64,000 bases of DNA, taken from assembly GCA_963776725.1 (NCBI GenBank), contig CAVZOE010000007.1:127592-191591 (forward strand), in the 5' to 3' direction. Positions 52,015-63,400 of the stretch are shown here, one piece after another; within the stretch, counting starts at the first letter, position 1; each line of letters begins with the position of its first letter. Source of the DNA: an uncultured Candidatus Rokubacteria bacterium. GTDB taxonomy: Bacteria; Methylomirabilota; Methylomirabilia; Rokubacteriales; CSP1-6. The notes beneath the pieces were generated by a model, which searched no databases, was not told where the DNA came from, and saw only the letters and a program-made list of their open reading frames with translations. The position numbers and the translations under genes are program-made.

Positions 52015-52117
52015 GCTGCCGCGTTCCGTGCCCGGAGTCTGGGCCTCTCGCCCGGCGGCCCAACGCCCACGGGCGGCCGCGGCCGGGGGCTCCCCGGCCG
52101 CGGCGCGCCGAAGCGAC

Positions 52118-53587
52118 CTAGTTGGGCCTCGGGCGTACCACCGGGCGCTTCAGCTCTTCGGCCGCGGCGCGGGCCACCGCGGTGCCCTCGAAGAAGCGCG
52201 GATTCTGCGTGCCCCAGAGATGCACGGCGTTGGCGAAGGTGAAGTCGCGGAAGTTGTCCGCGTTGATCACGCCGTCGTCGACCAGCTCGTGGGCCTCGGC
52301 CAGCGGATCGCGCATGTCGATGACGTCGAAGTGGCCGATGTCCGAGCTGTAGAGCGCGTTCAGCTTGGAGCCGAACGGATTGTGCTTGCTGAAGGCCCAG
52401 CCGTTGGCCCGATCGTCGGCCTCGCAGCCGAAGTAGAACGGCGTCACGTAGAGGTCGATCCAGTCCTGCTTGCGCGTGATCTTGCAGGCGGAGAAGTCGT
52501 CGAGATCGGCGACGCCGCCGGTCAGGCCCGGGTCGTGATCCGGCCAGCCGTTGCGCGCGTGGAGCGCGGCCACGACGTCCGAATCGCCGTACTTCTCGGC
52601 CAGGCTCATGAGTAGCTTGGGGTCGAGCTTCCGCGGGTCCATCCGCTCCAGCGCCTTGGCACTGCGGCGCTCCCAGTGCTCGAGCAGGTCGCCGAACATC
52701 TGGCAGGCCCAGCCCACGCCGCCCTCGAGGAAGGCGAATCGCAGATCGGGGAAGCGCCGGGTCACGCCGCCCAGGAAGATCGCCTTGGAGACCGCGTGAC
52801 CGGCCGCCGCGAAATGGCCGATGTGGTTGTAGACGAAGTTGGAGGGCGACAGGCGCAGGCCCTGGGCGCTGCCCGAGCTGTGGAAGGTCGGGGCGATCCC
52901 GAGCTCCTGGCACTTGGCCCACACCGGGTCGTAGTCGTACTCGCTGTCGAGCGCCAGCACGTCGTACCAGACGGCGAGCCGCGTGGCGTCGGGATCGGTT
53001 TGCGTCGCCGTCGTCAGGCGTCGCGACATCCCGCTGCCGAACATCCCGACCTTGGCGCCCAGCTCGCGCGTGACGTACTCGAGCTCGGCGATGGCCTCCT
53101 CGGGCGTGTGCATCGGGATGATCGCGGCCGGCGTCATCCGGTCGCCCAGGTTGTGGAAGGCGTCCGCCGTCACGATGTTGTGCGCGCGGATCACCGCACG
53201 CCGGGTGGCGTCGTCGTGGATCCGGGGCAGGCGCAGCCCCGCCGTCGGGTAGATGATCGCGAAGTCGGTGCCGAACTCCGGCAGACGCTCGTAGAGCAGC
53301 CGCGGCATCATCGCGGTGGCGCGGTCGAGCGTGTTCTCGGCCTGGCGGCTCCAGAAGGCCGGCTGGGCGATGCGCCGGCGGCTCCGCTCGGCGACCGACA
53401 TGCTCAGCGCGTCGGTGGTCGTCTTCAGCGCGGCGAGGAACCCGTCGGCCGCGAGGTCGCCTCCGACCTTCCGCATCCGTTCGGCAAATACGGGATCGAA
53501 CTCGACCCAGTGGCCATCGCCGTCGATGACCGGGTGATCGAGACGCGAGCGGATCTGCGCGGGCGCTGGATGATCGTGACCACTCAT
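52118..53587 (-). CDS. Amidohydrolase-2 family metal-dependent hydrolase.
   Basis: 489-aa intact ORF from MSGHDHPAPAQ. GGAGGG RBS. Confidence 0.65.
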   Translation of the reverse strand: MSGHDHPAPAQIRSRLDHPVIDGDGHWVEFDPVFAERMRKVGGDLAADGFLAALKTTTDALSMSVAERSRRRIAQPAFWSRQAENTLDRATAMMPRLLYERLPEFGTDFAIIYPTAGLRLPRIHDDATRRAVIRAHNIVTADAFHNLGDRMTPAAIIPMHTPEEAIAELEYVTRELGAKVGMFGSGMSRRLTTATQTDPDATRLAVWYDVLALDSEYDYDPVWAKCQELGIAPTFHSSGSAQGLRLSPSNFVYNHIGHFAAAGHAVSKAIFLGGVTRRFPDLRFAFLEGGVGWACQMFGDLLEHWERRSAKALERMDPRKLDPKLLMSLAEKYGDSDVVAALHARNGWPDHDPGLTGGVADLDDFSACKITRKQDWIDLYVTPFYFGCEADDRANGWAFSKHNPFGSKLNALYSSDIGHFDVIDMRDPLAEAHELVDDGVINADNFRDFTFANAVHLWGTQNPRFFEGTAVARAAAEELKRPVVRPRPN

Positions 53588-53834
53588 GTGCGTTCCCTCC
53601 CCACGACCGGCAGGTTGAGGCCTCACGGACGGCGACGTGGCCGTCCGGGTCGTCGCTGCCGGGAGCCTACCATATCGAGCGCGCGCCGTGGATCGGGCCG
53701 CTGCTACGCCCAGGCGTGGAGATCTCCCGTGCGCGGGTATCCAGGACGTGTACCAGAGTGGATAATTCACGGCGGGTGTCGATCCGGGCGCTCCTCGATC
53801 GATGTACGAGGGAGGCCTGAAAAGGAGATCGAAC

Positions 53835-54233
53835 ATGAGCCGTGCGCTGTGGATCGTTCAGGGGCTGCTCGCGGCCCTCTTTCTGTTTGCCGGGGTGATG
53901 AAGCTGGTTCTGCCGCTCGACCAGATGACGGGCACCATCCCGCTGCCGGGCGCGTTTCTCCGGTTCATCGGCGTGGTCGAGGTGCTCGGCGCCGTCGGCC
54001 TGATCCTCCCCAGCCTGCTGCGCATCCGGCCAGGCCTGACCCCGCTCGCCGCCGGCGGGCTGGTGTTCATCATGATCGGTGCGGTCTGGATCACGGTGGC
54101 GGGTGGTGACGTCGCCCCGGCCATGATCCCGCTACTGGTGGGAATCCTGGCGGCGTTCGTGGCCTACGGCCGCTGGCGGCTGGCGCCGCTCAGCGGCTCG
54201 TCGCGCCCCTCCGCGCTGGGAGCCGCGCGCTAG
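53835..54233 (+). CDS. DoxX-family membrane protein.
   Basis: Four predicted TM helices (ALWIVQGLLAALFLFAGVMKL...). AAAGGAG RBS. Confidence 0.65.
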   Translation: MSRALWIVQGLLAALFLFAGVMKLVLPLDQMTGTIPLPGAFLRFIGVVEVLGAVGLILPSLLRIRPGLTPLAAGGLVFIMIGAVWITVAGGDVAPAMIPLLVGILAAFVAYGRWRLAPLSGSSRPSALGAAR

Positions 54234-54385
54234 CGGCCCTCGCCGAACGAGTCCTCGCGCGATCGACAGGTCGCACCCTTGGCAACGCGTATCCTTTGCA
54301 ACATGGGGGCCCGGGATGGCTTCCATGCCAGGAACGCCCCGTGTCGATCCAGGCGTGCGCCGCTCGACCATTGATGGAGGGATGC

Positions 54386-54742
54386 GTGAAATACATGCTC
54401 TTGCTGTGCCGCGACGAGCCGGTGTGGGACAAGATGAGTCCGTCCGAGCGCCAGGAGATCTACGGTCGGATGGTGGAGCTCTCGGAAGAGCTGACGGCGC
54501 GCGGGCAGTACCTGGGCGGCTCGCCACTGCATGGGTCGTCGGCGGCGACCACGATCCGGGTGCGCGACGGCAAGCGTCTGGTGACCGACGGTCCCTTCGC
54601 GGAGACGCGCGAGCAGCTGGGCGGCTACATGCTGATCGACGTCAAGGATCTGGACGAGGCCATCAGCGTGGCGGCGAGAACAGCCATGGCCCACATCGGC
54701 GCCGTCGAGGTCCGGCCGGTGAGGGAAGGTCGTCCGAACTAG
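54386..54742 (+). CDS. YciI-like (YCII-related, DGPF) domain protein.
   Basis: DGPFAETREQLGGYMLIDV motif. Confidence 0.7.
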   Translation: MKYMLLLCRDEPVWDKMSPSERQEIYGRMVELSEELTARGQYLGGSPLHGSSAATTIRVRDGKRLVTDGPFAETREQLGGYMLIDVKDLDEAISVAARTAMAHIGAVEVRPVREGRPN

Positions 54743-54754
54743 AAAGGAGCAGGG

Positions 54755-55874
54755 ATGAGCAGCGTACGAGTCCTGGTCGGCACACGAAAGGGCGCCTTCG
54801 TCCTGACCTCGGACGGCACGCGCCGAGCAGTGGGACGTCAGCGGCCCCCACTTCGGCGGCTGGGAGATGTATCACCTCAAGGGCTCGCCGGCTGACCCGA
54901 ATCGGCTCTACGCGTCGCAGTCGAGCGGCTGGTTCGGGCAGGTGATCCAGCGCTCGAGCGACGGCGGCAAGACCTGGGAGCCGGTGGGCAACAAGTTCGC
55001 CTACGACGGCGTCCCCGGCACCCACCTGTGGTACGACGGCACGCCAGCACCCGTGGGAGTTCGCGCGCGTCTGGCACCTCGAGCCGTCGCTGACCGATCC
55101 CGGACACGGTCTACGCCGGCGTCGAGGACGCCGCGCTGTTCCGCACGACCGACGGCGGCCAGACGTGGCAGGAGCTCCCCGGACTGCGCCGACACACGTC
55201 CGCGCCGGCCTGGCAGCCGGGCGCCGGCGGGATGTGCCTGCACACGATCCTGCTCGATCCGAGCCATCCCGGACGGATCTTCATCGCCATCTCGGCGGCC
55301 GGCGTCTTCCGGAGCGACGACGCCGGCCAGACGTGGCGGCCGATCAACCGCGGTCTGCGGTCCGAGCAGATTCCCGATCCGACCGCCGAGGTCGGCCACT
55401 GCGTGCACCGCATCGCCATGCACCGCTCGCGACCCGACGTGCTGTTCATGCAGAAGCACTGGGACGTCATGCGCAGCGACGACGCCGGCGAGTCCTGGCG
55501 CGAGGTCAGCGGGAACCTGCCGACCGACTTCGGATTTCCGATCGACGTGCACGCGCACGAGCCGGAGACCATCTACGTCGTGCCGATCAAGAGCGACTCC
55601 GAGCACTATCCGCCCGACGGCAAGCTGCGCGTCTACCGCAGCCGCACCGGCGGCACACGAGTGGGAAGCGCTGACGAACGGGCTGCCGCAGCGCGACTGC
55701 TACGTCAACGTGCTGCGCGACGCGATGGCCGTCGACTCGCTCGATCCGTGCGGCGTGTACTTCGGCACCACCGGCGGACAGGTGTACGCCTCGGCCGACG
55801 CCGGCGACAGCTGGGCGCCGATCGTCCGCGATCTGCCGTCGGTGGTGTCCGTCGAGGTCCAGACGCTGCCATGA
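54755..55874 (+). pseudogene. BNR/Asp-box repeat (sialidase-fold) protein, frameshifted at least three times.
   Basis: Repeated SxDxGxTW-type Asp boxes ([40 protein letters not shown]) across three frames. Confidence 0.6.
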
Positions 55875-56172
55875 TCCGGGTGGTGCTCCCGGCTCATCTG
55901 CGGACGCTGGCGCGGGTCGACGGCGAGGTGAAGCTCGACGTCGAGGGCCCGGCGACGCAGCGCTCGGTCCTCGACGCGCTCGAGGCCGCGCTATCCGATG
56001 CTGCGCGGCACGATCCGCGATCAGGTCACGCAGCAGCGCCGGGCGTTCGTCCGCTTCTTCGCCTGCGAGGAGGATCTGTCCCACGAGTCGCCGGACGCGC
56101 CGCTCCCCGAGGCGGTCGCGACCGGCGCCGAGCCCTTGCTGATCGTCGGGGCCATGGCCGGAGGCTGCTGAT
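55871..56172 (+). pseudogene. MoaD/ThiS-like ubiquitin-fold small protein ending in GG. One frameshift near 56000.
   Basis: [40 protein letters not shown]... continues in another frame to ...[10 protein letters not shown]. Confidence 0.5.
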
Positions 56173-56716
56173 GCGACTTCTCCTGGTGCTGGTTCTGATC
56201 GTGGTGGGGCTGATCGTCGTCATCGCCCGGCGGCCGTCGGAGTTCCGGATCGAGCGGACGACCGTCGTGGCGGCGCCGCCGGCGGCCGTCTTTGCCCAGG
56301 TGAACGACTTCCACAAGTGGGACGCCTGGAATCCGTGGGCGAAGATGGATCCGGCATTGAAGCAGGGCTACGAGGGCGCCCCGGCCGGCGCGGGCGCGGT
56401 CTACACGTGGTCCGGCAACCGGCAAGTGGGCGAAGGACGCATGACGATCGTCGAGAGCCGCCCCCACGATCTGATCAGGGTGAGGCTCGAGTTCCTGAAG
56501 CCGTTCGCCAACACCAGCCTTGCGGAGTTCACGTTCAGGCCGCAAGGTACTCAGACGGCCGTGACGTGGAGCATGACCGGCACCAACAACTTCATGGCCA
56601 AGGCGTTCCACCTGGTGATGAACATGGACAGGATGATCGGCGGACAGTTCGACAAGGGGCTGGCGGACATGAAATCAGCCGTGGAGGCTGGACCCCGGCC
56701 GGAGCCGCGCTCATGA
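56171..56716 (+). CDS. SRPBCC-family protein (polyketide cyclase/START-like) with an N-terminal TM helix.
   Basis: Translation ...[13 protein letters not shown]... Confidence 0.55.
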   Translation: MRLLLVLVLIVVGLIVVIARRPSEFRIERTTVVAAPPAAVFAQVNDFHKWDAWNPWAKMDPALKQGYEGAPAGAGAVYTWSGNRQVGEGRMTIVESRPHDLIRVRLEFLKPFANTSLAEFTFRPQGTQTAVTWSMTGTNNFMAKAFHLVMNMDRMIGGQFDKGLADMKSAVEAGPRPEPRS

Positions 56717-57936
56717 AGAGCAAGATCTTCTACGGCTGGGTCATCGTGGGCACCGGCATCGTCGTGAGCTGCGTCGGGTTCGGGGCGATGGTGTCGCTCA
56801 GCATCTTCCTGCAGCCCATGGCCGCCGCGACGGGCTGGTCGCGGACGGGGATCTCGACGGCCGCTACCATCAACTGGCTCAGCATGGGCGTGGGCTCGTT
56901 CATGTGGGGCGCGCTCTCCGATCGGCTGGGCACGCGCGCCGTCGTGCTGCTCGGCGGCGTCCTGCTCGGCCTCGGCATGGTGTCGGCCAGCCAGGCGACC
57001 ACGCTCTTGCAGTTCCAGATCCTGTTCGGCGTGCTGGTCGGCGTGGCGACGGGGAGCTTCTACGCGCCGCTGACGGCCACGACCACCCGGTGGTTCACGA
57101 CGAATCGGAGTCTCGCCGTGGCCCTGGTGTCCGCAGGGGTCAGCCTCGGCTCGACGACGATCGCGCCACTGGCCCGCTGGGTCATCACGCACTACGACTG
57201 GCGCATGGCCATGCTGGTGGTCGGTGACATCGTGTGGGTCATCATCATTCCGGCCGCCCTGCTGGTGCGCGAGCCGGCCAGGATACCGACCGCGCCGGTG
57301 CCGGTGGATGGCGTCGAAGGGCCCGACCTCACGGTGCCGCAGGCGCTGCGCACGCCGCAGTTCATCGCCATCGCGCTGACGTACTTCGCGTGCTGCGCGA
57401 CCCACTCGGGGCCCATCTTCCACATGGTCACCAACGCGATCGACCACGGGATCTCGGCCATGGCCGCCACCACCGTGCTGAGCGTGGCCGGGCTGGCCTC
57501 GCTGGGCGGCAAGATCGTCTGCGGGCTCATCGCCGATCGCGTCGGCGCCAAGCGCACGCTGGTGGTCGGGCTCGCCATACAGGCGGTGGCCGTGAGTCTC
57601 TATGTCTTCGCCGGGCAGCTGCCGAGCTTCTACGCGCTGGCGATCATGTTCGGCTTCGCCTATGGCGGCGTGATGCCGCTCTACGCGATCCTCGTGCGCG
57701 AGTACTTCGGCGCGCGGATCATGGGCAGCATCTTCGGTGCGGTCGCCTCGGTGTCCACGCTCGGCATGTCGCTCGGGCCATGGATCGGCGGTCGGCTCTA
57801 CGACGCCTCCGGCAGCTACTTCTGGCTCTTCATCGGGTCGGCCGCAATCGGCCTCGGCGCAGTGGCCATCGCGCTCACCTTCCGCCCGCCCCGCACGATT
57901 CCGGCGACCTTGCCGAGCCCGGCCGCAGCCGGCTAG
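56713..57936 (+). CDS. MFS transporter (oxalate/formate antiporter-like).
   Basis: 12-TM MFS topology; intact 407-aa ORF. Confidence 0.75.
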   Translation: MKSKIFYGWVIVGTGIVVSCVGFGAMVSLSIFLQPMAAATGWSRTGISTAATINWLSMGVGSFMWGALSDRLGTRAVVLLGGVLLGLGMVSASQATTLLQFQILFGVLVGVATGSFYAPLTATTTRWFTTNRSLAVALVSAGVSLGSTTIAPLARWVITHYDWRMAMLVVGDIVWVIIIPAALLVREPARIPTAPVPVDGVEGPDLTVPQALRTPQFIAIALTYFACCATHSGPIFHMVTNAIDHGISAMAATTVLSVAGLASLGGKIVCGLIADRVGAKRTLVVGLAIQAVAVSLYVFAGQLPSFYALAIMFGFAYGGVMPLYAILVREYFGARIMGSIFGAVASVSTLGMSLGPWIGGRLYDASGSYFWLFIGSAAIGLGAVAIALTFRPPRTIPATLPSPAAAG

Positions 57937-57946
57937 GAACTAGATA

Positions 57947-57982
57947 CATGGGGGGCCCCGAAATGGCCCCCCATACCCCCCA
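57947..57982. repeat. REP-like GC-palindromic hairpin element, copy 2.
   Basis: CATGGGGGGCCCCGAAATGGCCCCCCATACCCCCCA, immediately after the MFS gene stop. Confidence 0.6.
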
Positions 57983-58053
57983 CGCTGCGCGCCGCGGGGA
58001 ACCCGAGGCGCTCCGCGACCGTGATAGTCAGTGCGGGACCCTCTGTCTCGCAC

Positions 58054-59247
58054 CTAGGCCATACCCGCGGTCAGCGCGCCGCCGATCGCGGCGATGAGCA
58101 CCACGAGCCAGGGGGCGAGGCGCCAGAACATCAGAAGGCCGAAGGCGATGAGGGCCAGGCCGAAATCGGCGTGGCTCTTGATCGCGCTGCTCCACACCGG
58201 GTCGTAGAGGGCCGCCAGCAGCAGGCCCACCACCGCCGCGTTGACGCCGCGGAGCGCGGCCTGAAAACTCGCCCGCCCGCGCAGCATCTCCCAGAACGGC
58301 AGGGCGCCGACGATCAGGAGGAACGAGGGCAGGAACACCGCGATCAGCGCCAACGCGCCGCCCCGCCAGCCATTCGGCGGCTGATGCATGACGGCGCCGA
58401 GGTAGGCCGAGAACGTGAAGAGTGGGCCCGGCACGGCCTGGGCCGCGCCGTACCCCGCGATGAACTCCTCGTTCGACACCCAGCCGGGCGGCACCACTTC
58501 GGCCTGGAGCAGGGGCAACACCACGTGACCGCCGCCGAAGACGAGGGATCCTGCGCGGTAGAAGCTGTCGAAGACCGCCAGCGCCTGGCCGGGAGCGACG
58601 GCGCGCGCGATGGGAAGGCCGACGAGCAGCCCGACAAACAGCACGAGCGCGGTGATCGCCACGCCCTTGCTGACCGCGACCCGGTTCGCGGTCGTCCCCA
58701 TCGATGCCGGGGCCGGCAGCAGCAGCCAGCCGACGATGCCGGCCCCGACGATCACCAGCACCTGCGTGATGGCCGTGCGCGAGGCGAGCACCACGAGCGC
58801 GGCCGCGATGGCGAGCGAGGCCCGCGGTCGGTCCGCGGCGAGGCTCTTGCCCATGCCCCAGACCGCCTGGGCGACGACGGCCACGGCGACGACCTTGAGC
58901 CCGTGGAGCCAGCCGGCGTCGACCACGCCGACGGCCTGCAGACCATAGGCGAATACGACGAGCGCGATGGCCGAGGGCAGCGTGAAGCCCAGCCACGCGG
59001 CGAGTCCACCGGGCAGGCCGGCGCGGATGATCCCGAGCGCCATGCCGACCTGACTGCTGGCCGGGCCAGGAAGGAACTGGCAGAGCGCGACGAGGTCGGC
59101 GTAGTGCGCCTCGTCGATCCACCGGCGCCGCACGACGTACTCGTCGCGGAAGTAGCCGAGATGCGCGATCGGCCCGCCGAAGGATGTGAGACCCAGGCGC
59201 GTGGAGGCGCCGAGGACCTCGAGCAGGGCACGACCGCGGTCGCTCAC
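58054..59247 (-). CDS. chrA: Chromate ion transporter ChrA (two CHR domains).
   Basis: ChrA-like translation (…LGLTSFGGPIAHLGY...VFGGGHVVLPLL...). The start is assigned to an in-frame GTG. The upstream part of the ORF is probably not coding. Confidence 0.75.
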   Translation of the reverse strand: MSDRGRALLEVLGASTRLGLTSFGGPIAHLGYFRDEYVVRRRWIDEAHYADLVALCQFLPGPASSQVGMALGIIRAGLPGGLAAWLGFTLPSAIALVVFAYGLQAVGVVDAGWLHGLKVVAVAVVAQAVWGMGKSLAADRPRASLAIAAALVVLASRTAITQVLVIVGAGIVGWLLLPAPASMGTTANRVAVSKGVAITALVLFVGLLVGLPIARAVAPGQALAVFDSFYRAGSLVFGGGHVVLPLLQAEVVPPGWVSNEEFIAGYGAAQAVPGPLFTFSAYLGAVMHQPPNGWRGGALALIAVFLPSFLLIVGALPFWEMLRGRASFQAALRGVNAAVVGLLLAALYDPVWSSAIKSHADFGLALIAFGLLMFWRLAPWLVVLIAAIGGALTAGMA

Positions 59248-59324
59248 CGATAGCCTCCGTAGTACTCTCGGATCTTGCCGTTGCTGGCGAGCATCATCAA
59301 CATCGATTCCGGAGGTTGCCGATA

Positions 59325-61049
59325 TGGGCTCCCGCACCCTGCATCCCGTGACGACGGCCGAGGCGTACCTCGAGCTCCTGGCCGATCGGGGCATCGACGT
59401 CTTCCTCGGCAATGCCGGCACCGACTTCGCCTCGCTCGTCGAGGCGTTCGCGCGCGCTGAGGCCGAGGGCGGCCGCGCGCCGCGGCCCCTGGTGATCCCG
59501 CACGAGTTCGTCGCCGTGTCGATGGCTCACGGCTACTACGCGGCGGGTGGCCGCCCCGCCGCGGTGATGGTCCACGTCAACGTCGGCACCGGGAATGCCT
59601 CGACGGCGATCATCACCGCCGCGCGGGCCAACGTCCCCATCCTCATGTCCGCCGGGCGCACGCCGGTCACCGAGGAGGGGCTGCCGGGCTCGCGGGACCT
59701 GCACATCCACTGGGCGCAGGAGAGCTTCGATCAGGCCGCCATGCTGCGCGAATACGTCAAGTGGGACTACGAGCTGCGCACGCCAACCCAGATCGAAGCC
59801 GTCGTGGATCGAGCGCTCGAGGTCATGCAGGCCGAGCCGCGCGGGCCGGTCTATCTCACGCTGCCGCGCGAGGTGCTGGCCGCCAGCCCGGGCGAGGTGA
59901 CCATCAGCTCGCCGGCGCGGCGCCAGGTGCGGAGCGAGCGCTTCCCGGATCCGGCCCGCATCGACGAGGCGGCGCAGATCCTGGCGCGCGCGCGAGTATC
60001 CGATCGTCCTCGTCTCGGCGGCCGGCATCGATCCACGCGCCGTCGAGGGACTGGTCACGCTCGCCGAGGCGGGCGGGATCGGCGTGGTGGAGGCGGACCC
60101 GATCTACCTGAACTTCCCGCACCGGCACGATCTGCACCTCGGCTACAACGCCTCCGGCACCACGAACCCCTCGCTGGCCGAGGCCGACGCGGTCATGGTC
60201 GTCGAGGCTGACGTGCCGTGGTATCCGCACCTCAAGAAGCCGGCGGCCGGCGCGCCCATCATCCATCTGGGCGTCGATCCCTTCTTCACGCGCTACCCGA
60301 TGCGCAGCTATCCGTGCGACGTCCCGATCGCCGCCACGCCCGCGGTGGCCCTGCCGCTGCTGGCCGAGGCCGTGCGGCGTCACGCCGATCCCAAGGCCGT
60401 GGCCCGGCGTCGCGAGCGCCTGACGGCCGAGCACCGTGCGCGCCACGCGGCGTGGGAGAAGCTGGCCCTCGAGCAGGCGAGCGCCTCGACCATCGGCTTC
60501 GCGTGGGCAGCGCGCTGCCTCGGTGAGATCCTCGACGACAGCACGGTGGTCGTGAACGAGTATCCGCTGGACCGTCGGTTCGCGGCGTTCACGCGGCCGG
60601 GCAGCTACTTCGGCTCGCCGCACTCGAGTGGCCTGGGCTTCGGCCTCGGCGCCGCCCTCGGTGTGAAGCTCGCCCGGCCGGAGTCCACGGTCATCGCCAC
60701 CGTCGGCGACGGCGCGTACTTCTTCGGCGAGCCGCTCTCCTGCCTGTTCGTCCAGCGCGCCCACCGGGTGCCCATCCTCACCGTGATCTTCAACAACCAG
60801 CAGTGGGAGGCGGTGAAGTCGGGGACGCTGGCCGTGCATCCCGCCGGCGCCGCCCGGACGCGCGGCCGCTTCCCGCTGACCGAGCTCACCCCGTCGCCAC
60901 GCTTCGAGGAGATGGCCAGGACGGTCGACGGCTACGGCGAGCGGGTGGAGCACCCCGGCGAGCTGCCGGCGGCGCTCAAGCGGGGGCTGGCGGCGGTCCG
61001 CGAGGGACGTCCGGCCATTCTCAACGTCCTGTGTCAGCGTGCGGTGTAG
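59325..61049 (+). pseudogene. Thiamine-pyrophosphate-dependent enzyme (acetolactate synthase large-subunit-like). One frameshift near 60000-60090.
   Basis: TPP N-terminal and central domains are in frame 59325. The C-terminal TPP-binding domain with GDGAYFFG is in frame 60084. Confidence 0.7.
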
Positions 61050-61137
61050 CTCGCGTGCTAGACTGCCGCGCAACCCGCGGCCAGGGGAGCGGGTTGTCTC
61101 TGGCAGCAGCATTCACGCCCGCGAGGAGGACATTCTG

Positions 61138-62319
61138 ATGAGCCGTCGCCTCATGTCGTCCGTTCTGATTGCCGCGCTCGTGGCCCTGATCGGCGGCGCC
61201 CCGGTGGGCTACGCGGCCGACCCGATCCCGATCGGCGTGTCGGTGGCCCAGACGGGCCCGGTGGCCCTGGCCGGCCAGGAGCAGGTCCTGGGTGCCCAGA
61301 TCGCCGAGGAGTACTTCAACAAGAAGGGCGGCGTGAACGGGCGTCCGTTCAAGCTGATCTTCCAGGACGCCGGCAGCGACGAGGCCACCGCCATCAACGC
61401 CTACCAGAACCAGATCAACGTGGGCAAGGTCGTGGCCATCATGGGGCCGAGCCTGTCGCAGCAGATGTTCGCGGCCGGGCCCATCGCGGTGCGGGCCAAG
61501 ATTCCGGTGCTCGGCCCGTCGAACACGGCCAAGGGCATCCCGCAGATCGGCGAGTATGTCTCCCGGGTCTCGGCTCCTGTCGCCATCGTGGCGCCCAACG
61601 CCATCAAGGCGGCGATGGACATCAACAAGAACATCAAGCGCGTGGTCGTGCTCTTCGCCCAGAACGACGCCTTCAGCAAGTCGGAGACCGAGACCTTCCA
61701 GCAGGCGGTGAAGGATCTCAACCTCGAGCTGGTCACCGTGCAGACCTTCCAGACCACCGACACGGACTTCACCGCCCAGGTGACGAACACGCTGACCGCC
61801 AAGCCGGACCTCGTGATCATCTCCGGTCTGCAGGTCGACGGCGCCAACCTCGTCAAGCAGCTGCGCGAGCTGTCGTACAAGGGACTGATCGTGGGCGGCA
61901 ACGGGCTGAACACCACCAACATCATCCCGATCTGCAAGATGCTGTGCGACGGCATCCTGGTGGCCCAGGCCTACAGCCCCGAGCTCAAGAGCAAGATCAA
62001 CGACGACTTCAAGGGCATGTACCGGGATCGCCAGAAGAAGGACCCGCCGCAGTTCAGCGCGCAGTCCTTCAGCGGCGTCCAGGTGTTCGTCGAGGCGCTG
62101 GCCGCGCTCGACAAGAAGTCGCCGCTGGCCAAGATGGACCTGGCCACGCTGCGGATGGAGCTCAACAAGCAGCTGATCGCCGGCACCTACGACACGCCGC
62201 TGGGCGAGATCTCCTTCAAGGCTTCGCCGGGCGGCGAGATCATCCAGAAGCAATCGTACGTGGCGCAGATCAAGATGGATCCGGGCGGCACCAGCGGGAA
62301 GTGGGTCTACGTAAGGTAG
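61138..62319 (+). CDS. Branched-chain amino-acid ABC transporter substrate-binding protein (LivK family), second copy.
   Basis: Signal peptide then a PBP type I fold. GAGGAGGA RBS. Confidence 0.8.
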   Translation: MSRRLMSSVLIAALVALIGGAPVGYAADPIPIGVSVAQTGPVALAGQEQVLGAQIAEEYFNKKGGVNGRPFKLIFQDAGSDEATAINAYQNQINVGKVVAIMGPSLSQQMFAAGPIAVRAKIPVLGPSNTAKGIPQIGEYVSRVSAPVAIVAPNAIKAAMDINKNIKRVVVLFAQNDAFSKSETETFQQAVKDLNLELVTVQTFQTTDTDFTAQVTNTLTAKPDLVIISGLQVDGANLVKQLRELSYKGLIVGGNGLNTTNIIPICKMLCDGILVAQAYSPELKSKINDDFKGMYRDRQKKDPPQFSAQSFSGVQVFVEALAALDKKSPLAKMDLATLRMELNKQLIAGTYDTPLGEISFKASPGGEIIQKQSYVAQIKMDPGGTSGKWVYVR

Positions 62320-62367
62320 GACGCGCGCGGCCGTTGAGGGCGTTGGCACACCCCGCGTTAACTTCGA

Positions 62368-62396
62368 GGCGCGCCCCGGCTCAGCCGGGGCGCGTC
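62368..62396 (+). terminator. Terminator-like GC hairpin after livK copy 2.
   Basis: GGCGCGCCCCGGCT-cag-CCGGGGCGCGTC. Confidence 0.45.
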
Positions 62397-62410
62397 CGAG
62401 CGTTGGGGGT

Positions 62411-62435
62411 CTGGGGGCCATGTCGGGGCCCCCAG
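62411..62435. repeat. REP-like GC-palindromic hairpin element, copy 3 (related).
   Basis: CTGGGGGCC-ATGTCG-GGCCCCCAG, a perfect 9-bp inverted repeat. Confidence 0.5.
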
Positions 62436-62440
62436 CAAGA

Positions 62441-63392
62441 ATGACAGCCAGCCTGCTCTTCCAGCAGGTCCTCAACGGCCTCGCCATCGGCAGCGTGTAC
62501 GCCATCTTCGCCCTCGGCTACACGCTGATCTTCTCGATCCTCCGCATCATCAACTTCACCCACGGCGCCATCTTCACGCTCGGCGCCTACGCGACCTACG
62601 CGCTGACCGGCGCCAGCTTCGGCTTCAACGGGCTGCTGGCCAACGCCGCGCTGCCGCTGCACCTGCCCTTCGTCCTGGCCCTCATCGGCGGCTCGCTCTT
62701 CGCCGCGGTGTGCGGGGTCGCCGTCGAGCGGCTGGCCTTCCGTCCGCTGCGGGCGCGCGGCGCCGATCCGCTGCTCACGCTGGTGTCGAGCCTGGGCGTC
62801 GCGGTGGCGCTGGTGAACGTGATCCAGTACCTGTTCGGCGCCGAGACGTATTCGTACCCGGCCGATCCGTTCGGGCACCTGCCGAGCGCGATCAACTTCG
62901 GCTTCGGCGCGCAACCGATCCTGGTGCGCACGGTGCAGGTGATCATCTTCGCCGTGTCGATGGTCGTGCTGGCGGTGCTGACCGTGCTGATCAACGCCAC
63001 CCGCACCGGCAAGGCGCTGCGCGCGGTGGCCGAGGACACGATCACCGCGAGCCTGCTCGGGCATCAATACGGACCGGCTTATCCTCTTGACGTTCTTCCT
63101 GAGCGGATTCCTGGGCGGCGTCTCCGGCACGCTCGTGGGCCTCAGCGTGGGCATCGCCGGCCCGTACTTCGGCATCGCCTTCGGCCTGAAGGGCCTGGCG
63201 GTCATCGTGCTGGGCGGGCTCGGCGACATTCCGGGCGCGGTGGTCGGCGGCCTGGTGATCGGGCCTGGTCGAGTCGTTCGTGCCGTCGCAGTACATCGCC
63301 TATAACGACGCCGTGGCCTTCGCCCTGCTCTTCGTGGTCCTGCTGCTCCGCCCGCAGGGGCTGCTGGGGCGGACCCAGGTGCAGAAGGTCTA
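62441..63392 (+). pseudogene. LivH-type permease, second copy, with about two frameshifts.
   Basis: MTASLLFQQVLNGLAIGSVYAIFALGYTLIF... continues in other frames (...ILLTFFLSGFLGGVSGTLVG..., ...ESFVPSQYIAYNDAVAFALLFVVLLLRPQGLLGRTQVQKV*). Confidence 0.7.
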
Positions 63393-63400
63393 GGCTCGGC

